From NCBI GenBank assembly GCA_037447605.1, contig CM074823.1, forward strand, positions 744,001 through 808,000: 64,000 bases of DNA, in the 5' to 3' direction. This stretch comes from Zygnema circumcarinatum SAG 698-1b. Taxonomy: Eukaryota > Plantae > Zygnematophyceae. The notes below the pieces were generated by a model. The model ran no database searches. It was given only the letters and a program-made list of their open reading frames with translations, and was not told the origin of the DNA. A program made the position numbers and the translations under genes. Position 1 is the first letter of the stretch. The number at the start of each line of letters is the position of its first letter. Shown here piece after piece: positions 49,901 through 62,100 of the stretch.

Positions 49901-52900
49901 GAAGCGGAATGGAAACGGAACGGAACGGAAACGGGATCGGACACGGAAACAGAAAAGAAACGGAACGGAAACGGAAACGGAACGGACACGGAAACAGAAA
50001 CGGAAACGGAACTGAAACGGAAACGGACACGGAGACTGAACAGAAACGGAACGGAAACGGAAACGGAAACGGAACTGAAACGGAAAGGAAACGGACCGTG
50101 ATTCCCATGCGGCCGTCCCGGCGGACGTGTTCCTTCGCCTCGACGGCCTGATGGAGGCCCTCCGGAAACCGCGTGTCCACCAGCCGCCCGGATACCTGCC
50201 CGCCGCAACGGGCAGCCCACGGAAAAAAATATATATATGTATAATTATAATGGGTCATAATTTTATCTTTATGACAGAACAAATTGAAATAATGAAAAGG
50301 AGTACAAAGATAAACAAAACAGAAGAGAAAAAGAAAAGCAAAACGACATCAAACTGGAAAAAAAGTGGAGAAAATGAGAGAAAGGCGACGCGTGCACGTG
50401 CCCAAGGAAGGTGCCATTGAAGGTGTGGGAAAAAGGAAAAGAAGGGGGGCAGAATGGTAAGAAAATATAAATTAAAAATTAACTGACCTTGTCGAGCATC
50501 TTAATTTCTCCGTCGAGGACGATGTAGTCACGCTGCTCGCATAGAAACAGTTCCGCCTTCACCGCGTTGATTATGGTCCTGCAAAAAATGGCATTACCAC
50601 ATGTACCCCATTTGGAACCTTTCCTCACCGCCAGTTTCCTACTTACGATAGTTTTTTACGTTAAACTCCAAATATTCCATGGACAGGTGGTCCGTCTGCA
50701 ACTCTCAAAACCCTAAAAACCCTAAAACCCTAAAAGACCGTCTGAAACCTAGAAATTTGAAGTCTGCAAGCCATGGCCTCTCTCACATTACACCCACTAT
50801 GTGAATCCAAAAGCCCCAAACCCTACATATTTTAGCAAGAATCCTAGATCCTCCTTCTCACACCTTAAACCCTAAACAATGCACCCTACACCCCCTAACC
50901 TCTCTACCCTAATCATTAACTCTAAAACCTAGCCCCCTAGCCCCCTAGCCCCCTAGCCCCCTAGCCCCCTAGCCCCCTAGCCCCCTAGCCCCCTAGCCCC
51001 CTAGCCCCCCAGCCCCCCAGCCCCCCAGTCCTCCCCAGCCCCCCAGCCCCTCAGCCCCCCAGCCCCCCAGCCCCCCAGCCCCCAGCCCCCCAGCCCCCAG
51101 CCCCCAGCCTCCTAGCCCCCAGCCCCCAGCCCCCAGCCCCCCAGCCCCCTAGCCCCCAGCCCCCCAGCCCCCCAGCCCCCAGCCTCCCACAGCCCCCCAG
51201 CCCCCCAGCCCCCTAGCCCCCTAGCCCCCTAGCTCTCACAGCCCCCCAGCCCCCAGCCCCCTAGCCCCCAGCCCCCCAGCTCCCCTGAGCCCCCCAGCCC
51301 CCTAGCCTCTGATGCCCCCCAGCCCCCCAGCTCCCCCAGCCCTCTGAGCCCCCTAGCCCCCAGCCTCTGCCAGCCCCCAGCCTCCTGTACCCCAGCCCCC
51401 GAGCCCCCAGCCCCGAGCCCCGGCAGCACTCAGCCCCCGCAGCCCGCAGCCCCCTAGGCCCCGGGGAGGTACCTGGCCTAGGCTGACTGGAGGTCCGGCT
51501 TGGGCTGTGCGCGCAGCGGCAGCAGCGCGGCTAGGAGCGCCTCCGCGGCCTCCGCGCCGACCGCTGTGAGCACAACGCTCTCAGAGGCGGACTCGGCCTC
51601 AAAGAGGCGCCCCACGCCCTCGGCATGCATCTGCACCCCCCCCCATGCATGCATGAGGTATGTGGGTATGCATGTGTGGGGTATGTATGCATGTACGTGT
51701 GGGGTATGTATGTGTTTATGGGGTATGGATGCATGCAGGAGGTATGTGGGTATGCATGTGTGGGGTATGTATGCATGTACGTGTGGGGTATGTATGTGTC
51801 TATGGGGTATGGATGCATGCATGAGGTATGTGGGTATGCATGCGTGGGGGACGTACGTATGCATGTGTGGGGTATGTATGTGTCCATGGGGTATGTGTGT
51901 ATCCATGGGGTATGGATGCATGCATGAGGTATGTATGCATGTATGTGTGGGGTATGTATGTCTCCATGGGGTATGTGTGTATCCATGGAGTATGTATGTA
52001 TGCATGGGGTATGTGTGTATCCATGAGGTAATGTATGTATCCATGGGGTATGCATGCATGCATGGGGTATGTATGTATGTATCCATGGGGTATGTATGTA
52101 TGAATGGAGTATGTGTCCATAAAGATGAACATTTCCGTCGTTTTCGAAGCCTTTATGACTACAGGATAGTAAGAGCAGCGATGCTCCATGCATTTTAGGG
52201 TGTTTCGAATTTCTATGAGTTTTCGGGTTCTTGGGCTTTTTACGGTTTTAGGGTTTCTAGAGTTTTTCGAAGGACTCACTCTCACAAGATGAGCAGCGAT
52301 CAGAGCCGAATGCTTGAGCCGCTCTACTTCGGAGTCAAGGCTCTCCTGCAAACCGAAAAAGAAACTCCTTTTGTATTCCATAAAGAGAAGAAAAAAAAAA
52401 AAATAGTCAAACAAGTAACGCAAGGAAAAGGTGGTGTATCGAAAAGAGTCACAAACTACAAAGTAGTTTGCAACCACTCCATCCCTGTCTACTTCCCTCC
52501 CTTCTACCCTCCCTTCTACCCTCCCTTCTACCCTCCCTTCTACCCTCCCTTCTACCCTCCCATCCTTCCTCCCTCTCTCCATCCGTCCCTTCCACCCTCC
52601 CTGTATCCCTTCCCCCCATCCCTACATCCCTCCCTTCCCCCCTGCCTCCACCTCCGCCCTCCTCTTTCCACCCTCCCCCCCTCTCTCCCTCCCTCACCCC
52701 CCCTTCCCTCCTTCCTCACCCCTCCCTCTCTCCATCCATCCCCCTTCCCTACCTACCTCCCTCCTCGCTACCTCCCTCCCTCTCCCTCCCCCACTTCCCT
52801 CTCTCCCACCCCTCCCTCCCTGCCTGCTCCTCCATCACCTCCCCTCCCCTCCCACCCCTCCCTCCCTCCTCCCCTCCCTCCCTCCCTCCCTCCCTGCCTC

Positions 52901-55900
52901 CCTCCTCCATCACCCCCTCCTCCTCCCTCCCACCCCTCCCTCCCTCCTCCCTCCCCTCTTCCTCCCCTGCCTCCTCCCTCTCCATCACTCCCTCCCTCCC
53001 TCCCACCCCTCCCTCCCTCTCCCCCTCACCCCCTCCCCTCCCCTTGACTCCTCCCTCCATCACCCTCCCTCCCTCCCACCCCTCCCTCCCTCCCTCCCTC
53101 CCTCCCTCCCGCAGCGCTCACCCCGCCCTGAATAAGGAGAGGGTTCCTGCCGTCGTCGATGAGCACAGAATCGATTTCATCGATTATGGCGTAGTTGAAG
53201 GGCTCCGGCCTGCCCCCAAAATGTTTCATAAGAAACTAAATAAAATCATAGAAATTTTAAATGTTCACAAAGCGATTAATTTAAGGAATCAAATGTTATG
53301 GACGTGGGTCCTTCCAAAAAAACAGAAATCGGTTCAGCTACAATACGTAGAGACACTTTCGAGAACAAAAAAAAAAAAAAAGCCCAAATTGGACCACAAG
53401 ATAGCATAGTATATATAGAACTTGGCATCGTACAACTGAAAACAGTGTAAGGCCTCCCTCACTCTCTCCCTCGCGATCTCTCCCTCTCTCTTTCCACTAC
53501 TTTCTCTCCCCCACACTTCCCCTCTCCTTCCCCTTCTTTACTCCTGCCCATGCCCCCTCCCCAACCCCCCCTCTCCCCCCTATCCCCACTCCCTCTTCCC
53601 TCACCCCTCTTTCCCNNNNNNNNNNCTCTCCCCCTCCCCCTCTGCCTCTCCCCCTCTCTCCCTCTCCCCCTCCCTTTGTCCCATGTGAGAGCCTTCCGAG
53701 CGCACCACCGAAGCACCTGATCGTCCTTCTTGGCGGTCAGGTTGTCACGTAGATAGTCCCACCCCAACTCCTGAACCCCAAAACCATACAAAGAGGAGAG
53801 GTTAAGGGTTCAGAGGTTTCAAGTTTTTTAGGTTTCAAAAATTATTGAAGTGTTAGTGGGGTTCAGGCCTTACCTTTGTGTTGGCGTACGTGACGTCACA
53901 CATGTACTGCCTCTGCCGCTCCTTCCTGTTCATCTCGCGCTGCAGCCGGACCGTACTACCGGACCATCAGATAGCGTGGGAGGAGGGAGAGAGGGAGAGG
54001 GAGAGAGAGAGAGAAGGGAGGGCAGTGAGAGGGGGGAGATGGGGAGAGAGAAGGGTGGAGAGGGAGAGAGGCGGGGCAGAAAGGGAGAGAGGGGGAGAGA
54101 AGAGAGAAGGGAGGGCAGAGTGATGGGGGGAGATGGGAAGAGAGAAGGGGGAAGAGGGAGAGAGGGGGAGTGGGGGAGAAAGGGAGAGAGAGGAAAGAAA
54201 TAAAAAAGGACGACAGGGTTATAGTGGAGATAGGGAAAGGAGGCTCTAGAGAGAGAGAGAGAGAGATAGAGAGTGTGAGAGAGAGAGAGCCTGCCTGAAT
54301 GATGCCCACAGAGAGGCCCAAAAAGCGGTGAACTTTGCCCATCCACTCCCCGTCACGTCGCGCCAAATAGTCGTTCACAGTCACCACTGCCCCCCGAGTA
54401 CGGGCACGAGAAACGAAAAAAGAAGAAAAAAAAAGATTATCATCATAAAGAATAGGAAAAAATAAATTATTCTTACTAGGAAAAAAAGTGCTTCAATGCA
54501 ATTCAATTCTCTAGAGGTATGTACTTTACCAAAATATAACTTTACCACATTGTGGTTTTGCGAAAAAAAGGTTGACTTTACCAAAATGATGGCTTTATCA
54601 GAAATGACTGCAGGCAGAGGTGGCCCACTCACCGTGCACTCCTTTCCCTGGAAGAGCATTCAAATAAGCTGCGGACAATCCCCATAAGAAAACAAAATAT
54701 TCCCCTTGTCAAAGAACTTGAATTCATGCTGACGTCATGCGAATAATTGAAGGAAACAAGAGAACTCGCAGAGGAAAATAAGCTTCTCAAAAAAGTATAC
54801 AAATAACAATAACAATAATAACAATCCTGACTAATATTGATAATGAATAAACAAAAGAATGCACAGAGGTCCACCTGCCAGCGTCGCGACAAGGGTCTTC
54901 CCTTCGCCCGTCCTCATCTCCGCCACCGCCCCCGCGTGCAGCACCGCCCCGCCAATGACCTGGGGAGGGGGGAGGGGGAGGGGGAGGGGAGGGAGGGAGG
55001 GGGGAGGGGGAGGGGAGGGGGGAGAGGGGGAGGGGGAGGGGAGGGGGAGGGGGAGGGGAGGGGAGGGAGGGGGAGGAGGGGAGGGAGGGGGGAGGGGGAG
55101 GGGAGGGAGGGAGGGGAGGGAGGGGAGGGAGGGGAGGGAGGAGGGAGGGGGAGGGGAGGGGAGGGGAGGGGAGGGGAGGGGAGGGAGGGGAGGGGAGGGG
55201 AGGGGAGGGGAGGGAGGGGAGGGAGGGGGGGGAGGGGGAGGGGGGAGGGGAGGGGAGGGAGGGGAGGGGGGAGGGGGAGGGGAGGGAGGGAGGGGAGGGA
55301 GGTAGGGAGGGGGAGGGGGGAGGGGGAGGGGGGAGGGGGAGGGGGAGGGGAGGGGGGAGGGGAGGGGGAGGGGGAGGGGAGGGGGGAGGGGGGAGGGGGA
55401 GGGGAGGGGAGGGGAGGGGGAGGGGAGGGAGGGGGGAGGGGAGGGGGGAGGGGGGGGGAGGGGGGAGGGGGAGGGGAGGGGGAGGGGAGGGAGGGAGGGG
55501 GGAGGGGAGGGGGGAGGGGGGAGGGGGAGGGGGAGGGGGAGGGAAGGGAAGATGGAGGGGTATTGGTGAGGGGGGAGGGGAAGGGGAGGGGGAGCAGTTT
55601 AGGCTTCAATAGAAATTAATCATCTTCTTTAAAACGTTTGCTTATTCTTACTACCATGAAATAGGAAAAACAAAATGTACCCATATATAATAATCTATCC
55701 ATATTATTATTACTATCGCCTATTTCTTTTTACTAATATCCAACAATTCGAATCAGCATCATACTATTACATTCTTTACCTGCACATCAAAATGCCGCAT
55801 TCCGAGGGAGCGCCGCGCAGCCTCTCGCACGACAGCGAAGGCCTCTACTCCCAAGATTTCATTCGCGAACATAAAGATAAAAATTAAAATTTAGATTGTT

Positions 55901-58056
55901 ACATCTGAGGTCCAACCCCTAAGGTCAGAATAACTGACAAAGATTTGTGCTCCAAGTATGTGAGTGTCTGTTGCGTGATCTATAAAGTGACAGAGTGAGA
56001 GAGAGAGAGAGAGTGAGAGGGAGAGCACGAACGAGAGGGTGATACAATACATATAGTCATTTAATATAAATATTAACAGAAATCACCCACCAGCTTGCAA
56101 TTCCTCCAAAGTGGCCCCCCCGGCAAGCCGCTCTCGAAACTCCGCCGTTTTGTCTCTCAACTGGCTCAAAATAAGAAGGTAAAGAATTTCAGATTAAAAC
56201 AAACATAGCTACGAAGGTGAAGTACGAGGGAGGGAGACGAGGGAGGAGAAAGAGAGGGAGAGAGGGGTGAGACGATACAAGGGAGAGACATGCAGACGAA
56301 TAGGAGAGGGAGAGAAAGGGAAGGGGACAGAGAGAGAGGGAGGAGGGACGTGAGGTAAGCAGACAGAGGTGGGGAACGAGGGGAGAGGGAGAGAGAGAAA
56401 AGGGGCGAGAGCGAGAGAGAGGAGGGGGAGTGCTAGACGGAAACGAAGAGGGGTAACCAAGCAGAAGGGGGGGAGGAGGGAGAGACGGAGAAAGGGAGAA
56501 AAAGATAGGGCGAGAGAGTGAGGGAGAAAGCGGGAGAACGGGAAGAGAAGAGATAGAGAGAGATAAGCAGGCAAAGGGAGGAAGACTAGAGGAGAGGGAT
56601 TGAGAGAAACGGCAAGTGAGAGATAGACGAAGAGGGAGTTAGGCACACAAATGTCTGGATAAGAGAGAGCGGAGAGGGTAAGGGAGGGTGGGAGAGAGAG
56701 AGGTGGAGAGAATGGGAGAGAGGGAGAGGCAGGAGCCTGACCTGCTTGTCGGAGAGGCCCCGACAGTAGGGTTCGAGCGCGTTGACTTGGTTAACCAGCG
56801 GTCGGAAGCCGCGAACTATCCAAAAGTTCACTCCCAACATCTCTCTCCATTCGCACCTTATAAGCTGCACCGCCTCCTGCACAGTCAACACATCAAAGAA
56901 ATACAATAAAGTGAAAATAAAATGATAACAAATGAAAAATAATCAGCATATAAAATGATAAACAAACAAGTAGCAATTCAAATAAAGAAAACAGAACAAA
57001 ACAAACGGAAGATGAAGGGTGTATTCGGTTTGGACGAGATACAGGCGAGGGCAGGAGAGGCAGGAGAGGGAGTGAGAGAGAAAGGATTTTGGTGAAAGAG
57101 AGAGATAAGAGGGGTAGAGAGAGTCGGGTGGGAGCGCGGAGAAACAGAGACACAGCTTATTGGAGGAGGTAACGAGAGAGGTGTGGGTGGGAGTGCGGAA
57201 GAGAGAGAGAGAGAGAGAGATGTCATACCGTCAGCGTACCCTTTGCTTTAACCCAACATTTTCCAAGGGCTCCGGACAGCCCCATCCTCTCTCCCTCTTC
57301 CTCTCCTCCTCCCTCTCCCTCTCCCTCTCCCTCTCTCTCTCCTTCTCCTCCTCCATCTCTATCTCCCTCTCGTCTCTCTCCCTTTTCCTCTGCCACTCCC
57401 TCTCCCTCTCCCTCTTGCCTCCTCCCACCAAGCGCAGACATACCCGCCGGGGGATAAATGGCTGCCCGGACCCTAAAATTCTCCCTTTTTGCCGCTGCCC
57501 GAACTCCTCTTTTTATTGAGGTGTTCCCCCCCCATGGTCTCTCTCTCTCTCTCGTATTTACAATTTTATCAGAAAATATTGCGCACGTACCCTCTACTCG
57601 CAGCCCCATACATTTTTCTCTCCTAAAAGATTCCGTTGCCTGACCTCCCAGCATTGGGCCACCGTTATTGGCGGAGAAAAATTTGCGATCAGGAGAAAAA
57701 ATTCCCAAAGCACATTTTCCTTTCGTTTCTGGACCTCCACCGGAAGTAAAATTTGATTTGTTTGGTCGCTTTATTCGACTGCGGTGGAAGTGAGAGCGTG
57801 TGGAGGGCTGCTCAGGGTTCAGAAACAATTCGGAAACCCTAAATCCCAGAAACCTCTGTGGGATTCTTCGCCGGGTGTTAAGGGTCTTTTGGATTCGTAC
57901 GACTTTTGGAGGGTCTTGGTTGTTTGAGTTTGCTAAGGTTTGTGAGGACTTTAGGGTTTGAAAAGCTGCTGGAGGGGGAGAGCGGGCGAGGGCGGAGGAT
58001 GCGGAGGTGGGAGATGAGGTGAGGGAAGGAGAGGAGAGGGAGAGGGAGAGAGCCAT
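39349..58056 (-). CDS. SECA2: Plastid preprotein translocase ATPase SECA2-like, divergent, with one in-frame TAG
   Basis: Ser-rich transit-peptide-like start at 58056. Exons include 56742-56864 ([14 protein letters not shown]), 56091-56160, 55780-55844 ([17 protein letters not shown]), 54875-54959 ([11 protein letters not shown]), 54633-54668, 54295-54386 ([11 protein letters not shown]), ~53127-53213 ([11 protein letters not shown]), 51473-51630, ~50489-50580, 50097-50195 ([10 protein letters not shown]), 47188-~47280 (GMTGTAKTE), ~43145-43600 (GGLHVVGT), 40426-40500 and 39349-39480 ([19 protein letters not shown]2-like C-terminus). The STNMAGRGTDI exon(s) were not found and may lie in the gap at 45357-45366. 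Confidence 0.9.
46470..47160. repeat. Degenerate GCAGTTACGG / CAGTCGACCG tandem repeat in a SECA2 intron
   Basis: Short recurring units TTTCAGTC, GCAGTTACGG and GCAGTGACGG; a related array occurs at ~33250-33360. Confidence 0.7.
47360..48740. repeat. Higher-order ~120-bp purine-rich minisatellite in a SECA2 intron
   Basis: About 10 recurrences of ..GAGAAAGTGGGTGGGAGAAGAGTGAGAGGGAGCAGAGAGAGGGC.. Confidence 0.75.
49590..50096. repeat. (ACGGAA/ACAGA)n simple repeat
   Basis: Starts directly at the donor 50096 (sense CCGTTT); related CCGTT repeats follow the CDKA stop at ~19070-19220. Confidence 0.85.
50930..51460. repeat. (CCCCCTAG)n/(CCCCCAG)n array, G-rich on the SECA2 sense strand
   Basis: Perfect 8-bp units grade into 6-8-bp variants; G4-G5 runs on the transcript. 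Confidence 0.85.
51640..52105. repeat. ATGC/GGGGTATG-rich repeat; a related (ATGC)n array lies at 19540-19810
   Basis: Tandem CATG/TATG units filling the intron. Confidence 0.75.
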
Positions 58057-59151
58057 AGCGAGGGAGGGAGGGAGGGAGGGAGGGAGGGAGGGAGGGGAGT
58101 GGGGTAAGGAGGGAAAGGAGGGAGGGAGGGAGGGAGAGCGTGCCGGAGGGCGATTGGGGGGGGGGGGCCAAGTTTGAGGCGGAGAGGGAGGTTGAGCAAC
58201 GGATAGGAGGGAGCAGGACAACTGGAGGCAACCCTGCCATGTAAGCGACGTTGCTGACACGTGGCGTGTTCCGAATGCACCGACAATATAAAGCTTAGTA
58301 GTGATTGGCTGCGGCCACGAGGGCTGGTGACGTGGCAACCAGCGGTCAGCAGTTGACGTGACGTGACACGATGCTACACTACGCGTTGTTCTATGGCGTT
58401 CGAGCCGTCCTATGTGGAAAGCCGAATGCGGGGCGCGGGGGGTGGTTTCTATGCGAAACGCAATCTACTTCCTTTTCTTAGACATGCTAGACAAGCGCAA
58501 CCATCCAACACCTCAGATCAGCACTCAATGCACACCATACATATCCCAAAAGATTGTTCCAAACCAGACCTGGAGCGTAAGCATCCTGTGCTTTTCCCTC
58601 AAGGCTCCAGTTATCAAAATCTCAGAATGCTGTAACCTTATACAGTGCCTTCCTAAAACCCAGCCGCCAACAACAACATGAGCAAACAAGATGATCCATA
58701 CGATCAATGATCTAGGGATTCCCAACTCTTTGCTCACTTGTCTCGTGTCTGTCCGTACATTGCGTTCAGCAGGTCATCCAACGGTTGGGATCTCGGCCGC
58801 AGTTGGGGCCGAGATCCCGACCGTTCACCATTTACTGGCAGATGTGATGGTAATTGGTTGGTTCGCGCGAAAATAGCGCACCGACACGCGCCCTCCGACA
58901 CGCTCGCATTCACATGCAGCCCAACGGCAGGAAGCTTAGGGTTTGCAGGTGCCGTTGACCTCCGCCCTCTGCCAACTGGCCCTCCCTCCCTCCCTCTTCT
59001 CCTCCCTCCCCCTCTCCCTCCCCCTCTCCCTCGTCTCCTCTCCCTCCCTCCCCTTCCCCCCTCCCTCCCTNNNNNNNNNNTCCCTCCCTCCCTCCCTCCC
59101 TCCCTCCCTCCCTCCCCTCCCTCCCTTCCCCCTCCCTCGGCGCGCGGCGCC
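58057..59151. promoter_or_regulatory. Divergent (putatively bidirectional) promoter region of SECA2 and SEC3
   Basis: Start codons at 58056 (-) and 59152 (+) are about 1.1 kb apart. CT-rich leaders on both sides, ACGTG motifs, and a 19-bp-stem hairpin at 58780-58825. Confidence 0.6.
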
Positions 59152-62100
59152 ATGGCGGAGGCGGAGCTGCTGCGCGCAGTGGACGCGGCGGTGGGCGACG
59201 AGGAGGTGAGCGTGGTGGCGGCCTTCCGCGCGGCCAAGCAGCAACCCGCCTGGACCGTCGCGGGCCGCCGCGGCCGCCTGCAGTCCAAACCGCGCGTGCT
59301 CGCCGTCACCGGTACGCTTTGAACCCTCAACCCCGAAACCCTCACCTTGGGTGGGACCTTGGAGGGGAGGGCGCTGAACCCTCCCAACTCGGAAAACCTG
59401 AACTTAGGACCGGGACGTGAAAGCTGAATCCTGGAAGGTTATGGTAGGGATCAAGCATTACCCGGAAGGGTTCTCTAGAAAAAAATGTTAAAACTACGAA
59501 ATTTGTTACTTTGAACCCTGGCAGGTCCGTGAACACTTTAGATAATACGATGATGTTCTGAATCCCGTAACGAGTTTGTTCAAGACCTTAAGAATTTAAG
59601 GGTACTGAGGAGAAGGAGAAAGAGACGAATCCTCTGAACCCCAAGGCCCTAAAGCCCAAAAGAACCTGTTCCTAAAAACCCTGACATAGTGTTCTGAAAG
59701 TTGTGTAAATGGACTTGTTAGAACAGTTAGCTTTTTGACATGCAATCCAAGATTTCATAAAATGTAGGAATCATACTCCCCAAAGTGTAGGATTAGGGGC
59801 AGGGTTAGGGTTAGGGTTAGAACTACGGTTAGGGCTAGACTAGGATTAGGGCTAGGGATAAGATTAGGGTTAGGGTTAGGGTTAAGACTAGGGCTAGGGT
59901 TAAGTCTAGGGTTAGGGTGAAAGTTAAGACTATGGTTAGGGTTGAGGGGTGCGTGACGTGACATGACGTGGGTGGGGTGGCATGGCAGCGAAAAGGAATC
60001 AGCTGACGCAGAAGTTCAATGTGAAGATTCACGTGATTAAGCCCTCGCAGCAGGGCCTGCTGGTGCTTGCCCGACTCCAAAACCCTAACTTCTATGAGAA
60101 CTGAATTCCAAAAAAAAAAAAAAAAGAGATTCTTGGGGTGGGGGGGAGGGGAGGAGTTCTACTTTATTTTTGGGGTGTTTATAATTCTTAGAGATTCTGA
60201 GTTTTTTCCGATCCCTTTTCCTTTCGTAGATGTGTATACATGTGCATGTGCGCGTGTACAAGAAAATTAATTGAAATTTGAAAAATTCTATTGTTTTGTA
60301 TGCGCTTGCCAGCTGTCGAAAAGTTACAAGCTGTCATCGTTGACGAGCATAGAAGCCGAGCGAAGCGACACGACAGGACGCTCCTTTTATTTGGTTTGTC
60401 ATTTTTGCACCTGAACCCTAACCCTAACCCTAACCTAACCTTATCCCTAACCCTAAGCCTCCTCATCCTAACCCTAACCCTGACCCTAACCCTAATCCTC
60501 CTAACCTAACCCTAATCCTCCTAACCCTAACCCTAATTCTCCTAACCCTAACCCTAACCCTAATCCTCCTTAACCTATCCCTTACCCTACTCCTCCTAAC
60601 TCTAACCCTAAACCTAATCCTCCTAACCCTAAGCCTAATCCTAACCCTGACCCTAACCCTAATCCTCCTAACCCTAACCCTAACCCTATCCTTAACCCTA
60701 ATTCTCCTAACCCTAATCCTAATCCTCCTAACCCTATCCCTAACCCTAAACTCCTAACCCTAACCCTAAACCTCCTAACGCTAACCCTAAACCTCCTAAC
60801 CCTAACCCTAAACCTCCTAACCCTAACCCTAAACCTTCTAACCCTAACCCTAACCCTAATTCTCCTAACCCTAACCACAACCTTAATCCAGCTGTTTCTT
60901 ACCCTTATGTTCCTTTTTGTTTCGCTTGGAAGTTACATTTGGGTGTGTGAAGCTTCGAATGTGAGAAATGAGATCCTTCTGTCAAAAAAAATTCTATATA
61001 TCAGCCTCATATAGTTTAAGTTTGATATATAATCTATCAAGTCTAAACCCTCCTAATCGACGTAAACCGGGCAACAATCATAGTTTGCAATTAGGTGTAC
61101 TTGTTTGCTTGAACTAATTTTATTTTTTATTTCTTTATGAATTTGAGCAGGTTTTTGATTTGAAAAAGGACGCATCACTAGCACAGTGGGTAGTACGGAG
61201 CCTAGATGAAAGGTATGCTTTTCTGCCATACCACAATAGCAAAATACTACTAAGATAATGTACAGTTTAAAAAACTCTTCACGTTTAGAAGTAATGTAAA
61301 GCTCTGATTATCCCTGATCTTTATTAACTGGGACTTAAGGAAGGCTCAATCCTGGAAATTCGAAACTGGGAGTATGGTGGGGTTGCCATTGAGGTTACCT
61401 TTTATGGTATCCGCCAATCTAGCTTTGCCACGTACGCAGTTTTTCTGACATGAAGAGCTGTGATTGGATCATGAGTTATCTCAATGAATTTCCAACCTCG
61501 GTCGTTTCCCTAACAGAACATTATACATGGAATATGCAAACGCAGAGCTTCTCGTAGACTAGAAAACGTAAAGCTCCGTCTTCCTCTCTCGTTCATGCAG
61601 TATAGCATGTCTCCATATTCTCACTTTTCATCTCTCTCACATCCCCCTCTCTCTCTCATCTCTCTCTCTCTAACTTGCGGGCGCATTTTCCCCCTCTTTC
61701 TGCTCCCCTCTCCTTCTCCCTGTCTCTTTATTTCCCTCCCCCTCTCGCTCCCCCCTCTGCTGCGTGCTTGCTTCCTCCCCTCTCCGTCTGCTCCTCTCTC
61801 CCTCTCCCCCCTCTTGCGCGCTCGTTTCACCTGTCTCCCTCTGCTCCTCTCTCTCTCTCCCCTCTCTTGCCTACTCGCTTCCTCCCTTCTCCCTCTGCTC
61901 CTTTCCCTCTCTCTCCCCTCCCTTGCGTGCTTCCTCCCTCCCATCTCCCTCTGCTCCTCTCTCTCTCCCTCCCTCCCACCACTCCTCCCTGCTCCATCCC
62001 GCCCTCCCTCTCTCTCCCTCCCTCCCTCCCACCCCTCCATCCCTTCTCCCTCCCTCCCGCCCTCCCTCTCTCTCTCTCTCTCTCCTCCCTCCCACCGCTC

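Noticed and set aside
51478-51480. TAG reassigned to Trp or Gln (alternative genetic code)
   Set aside because: TAG appears to be the normal stop of NIP (1641-1643) and of the HIPL1 last exon (19286-19288), and no other in-frame TAG was seen in the intact genes.
60410-60885. True chromosome end
   Set aside because: The array is degenerate and sits inside an intron with in-phase exons on both sides.
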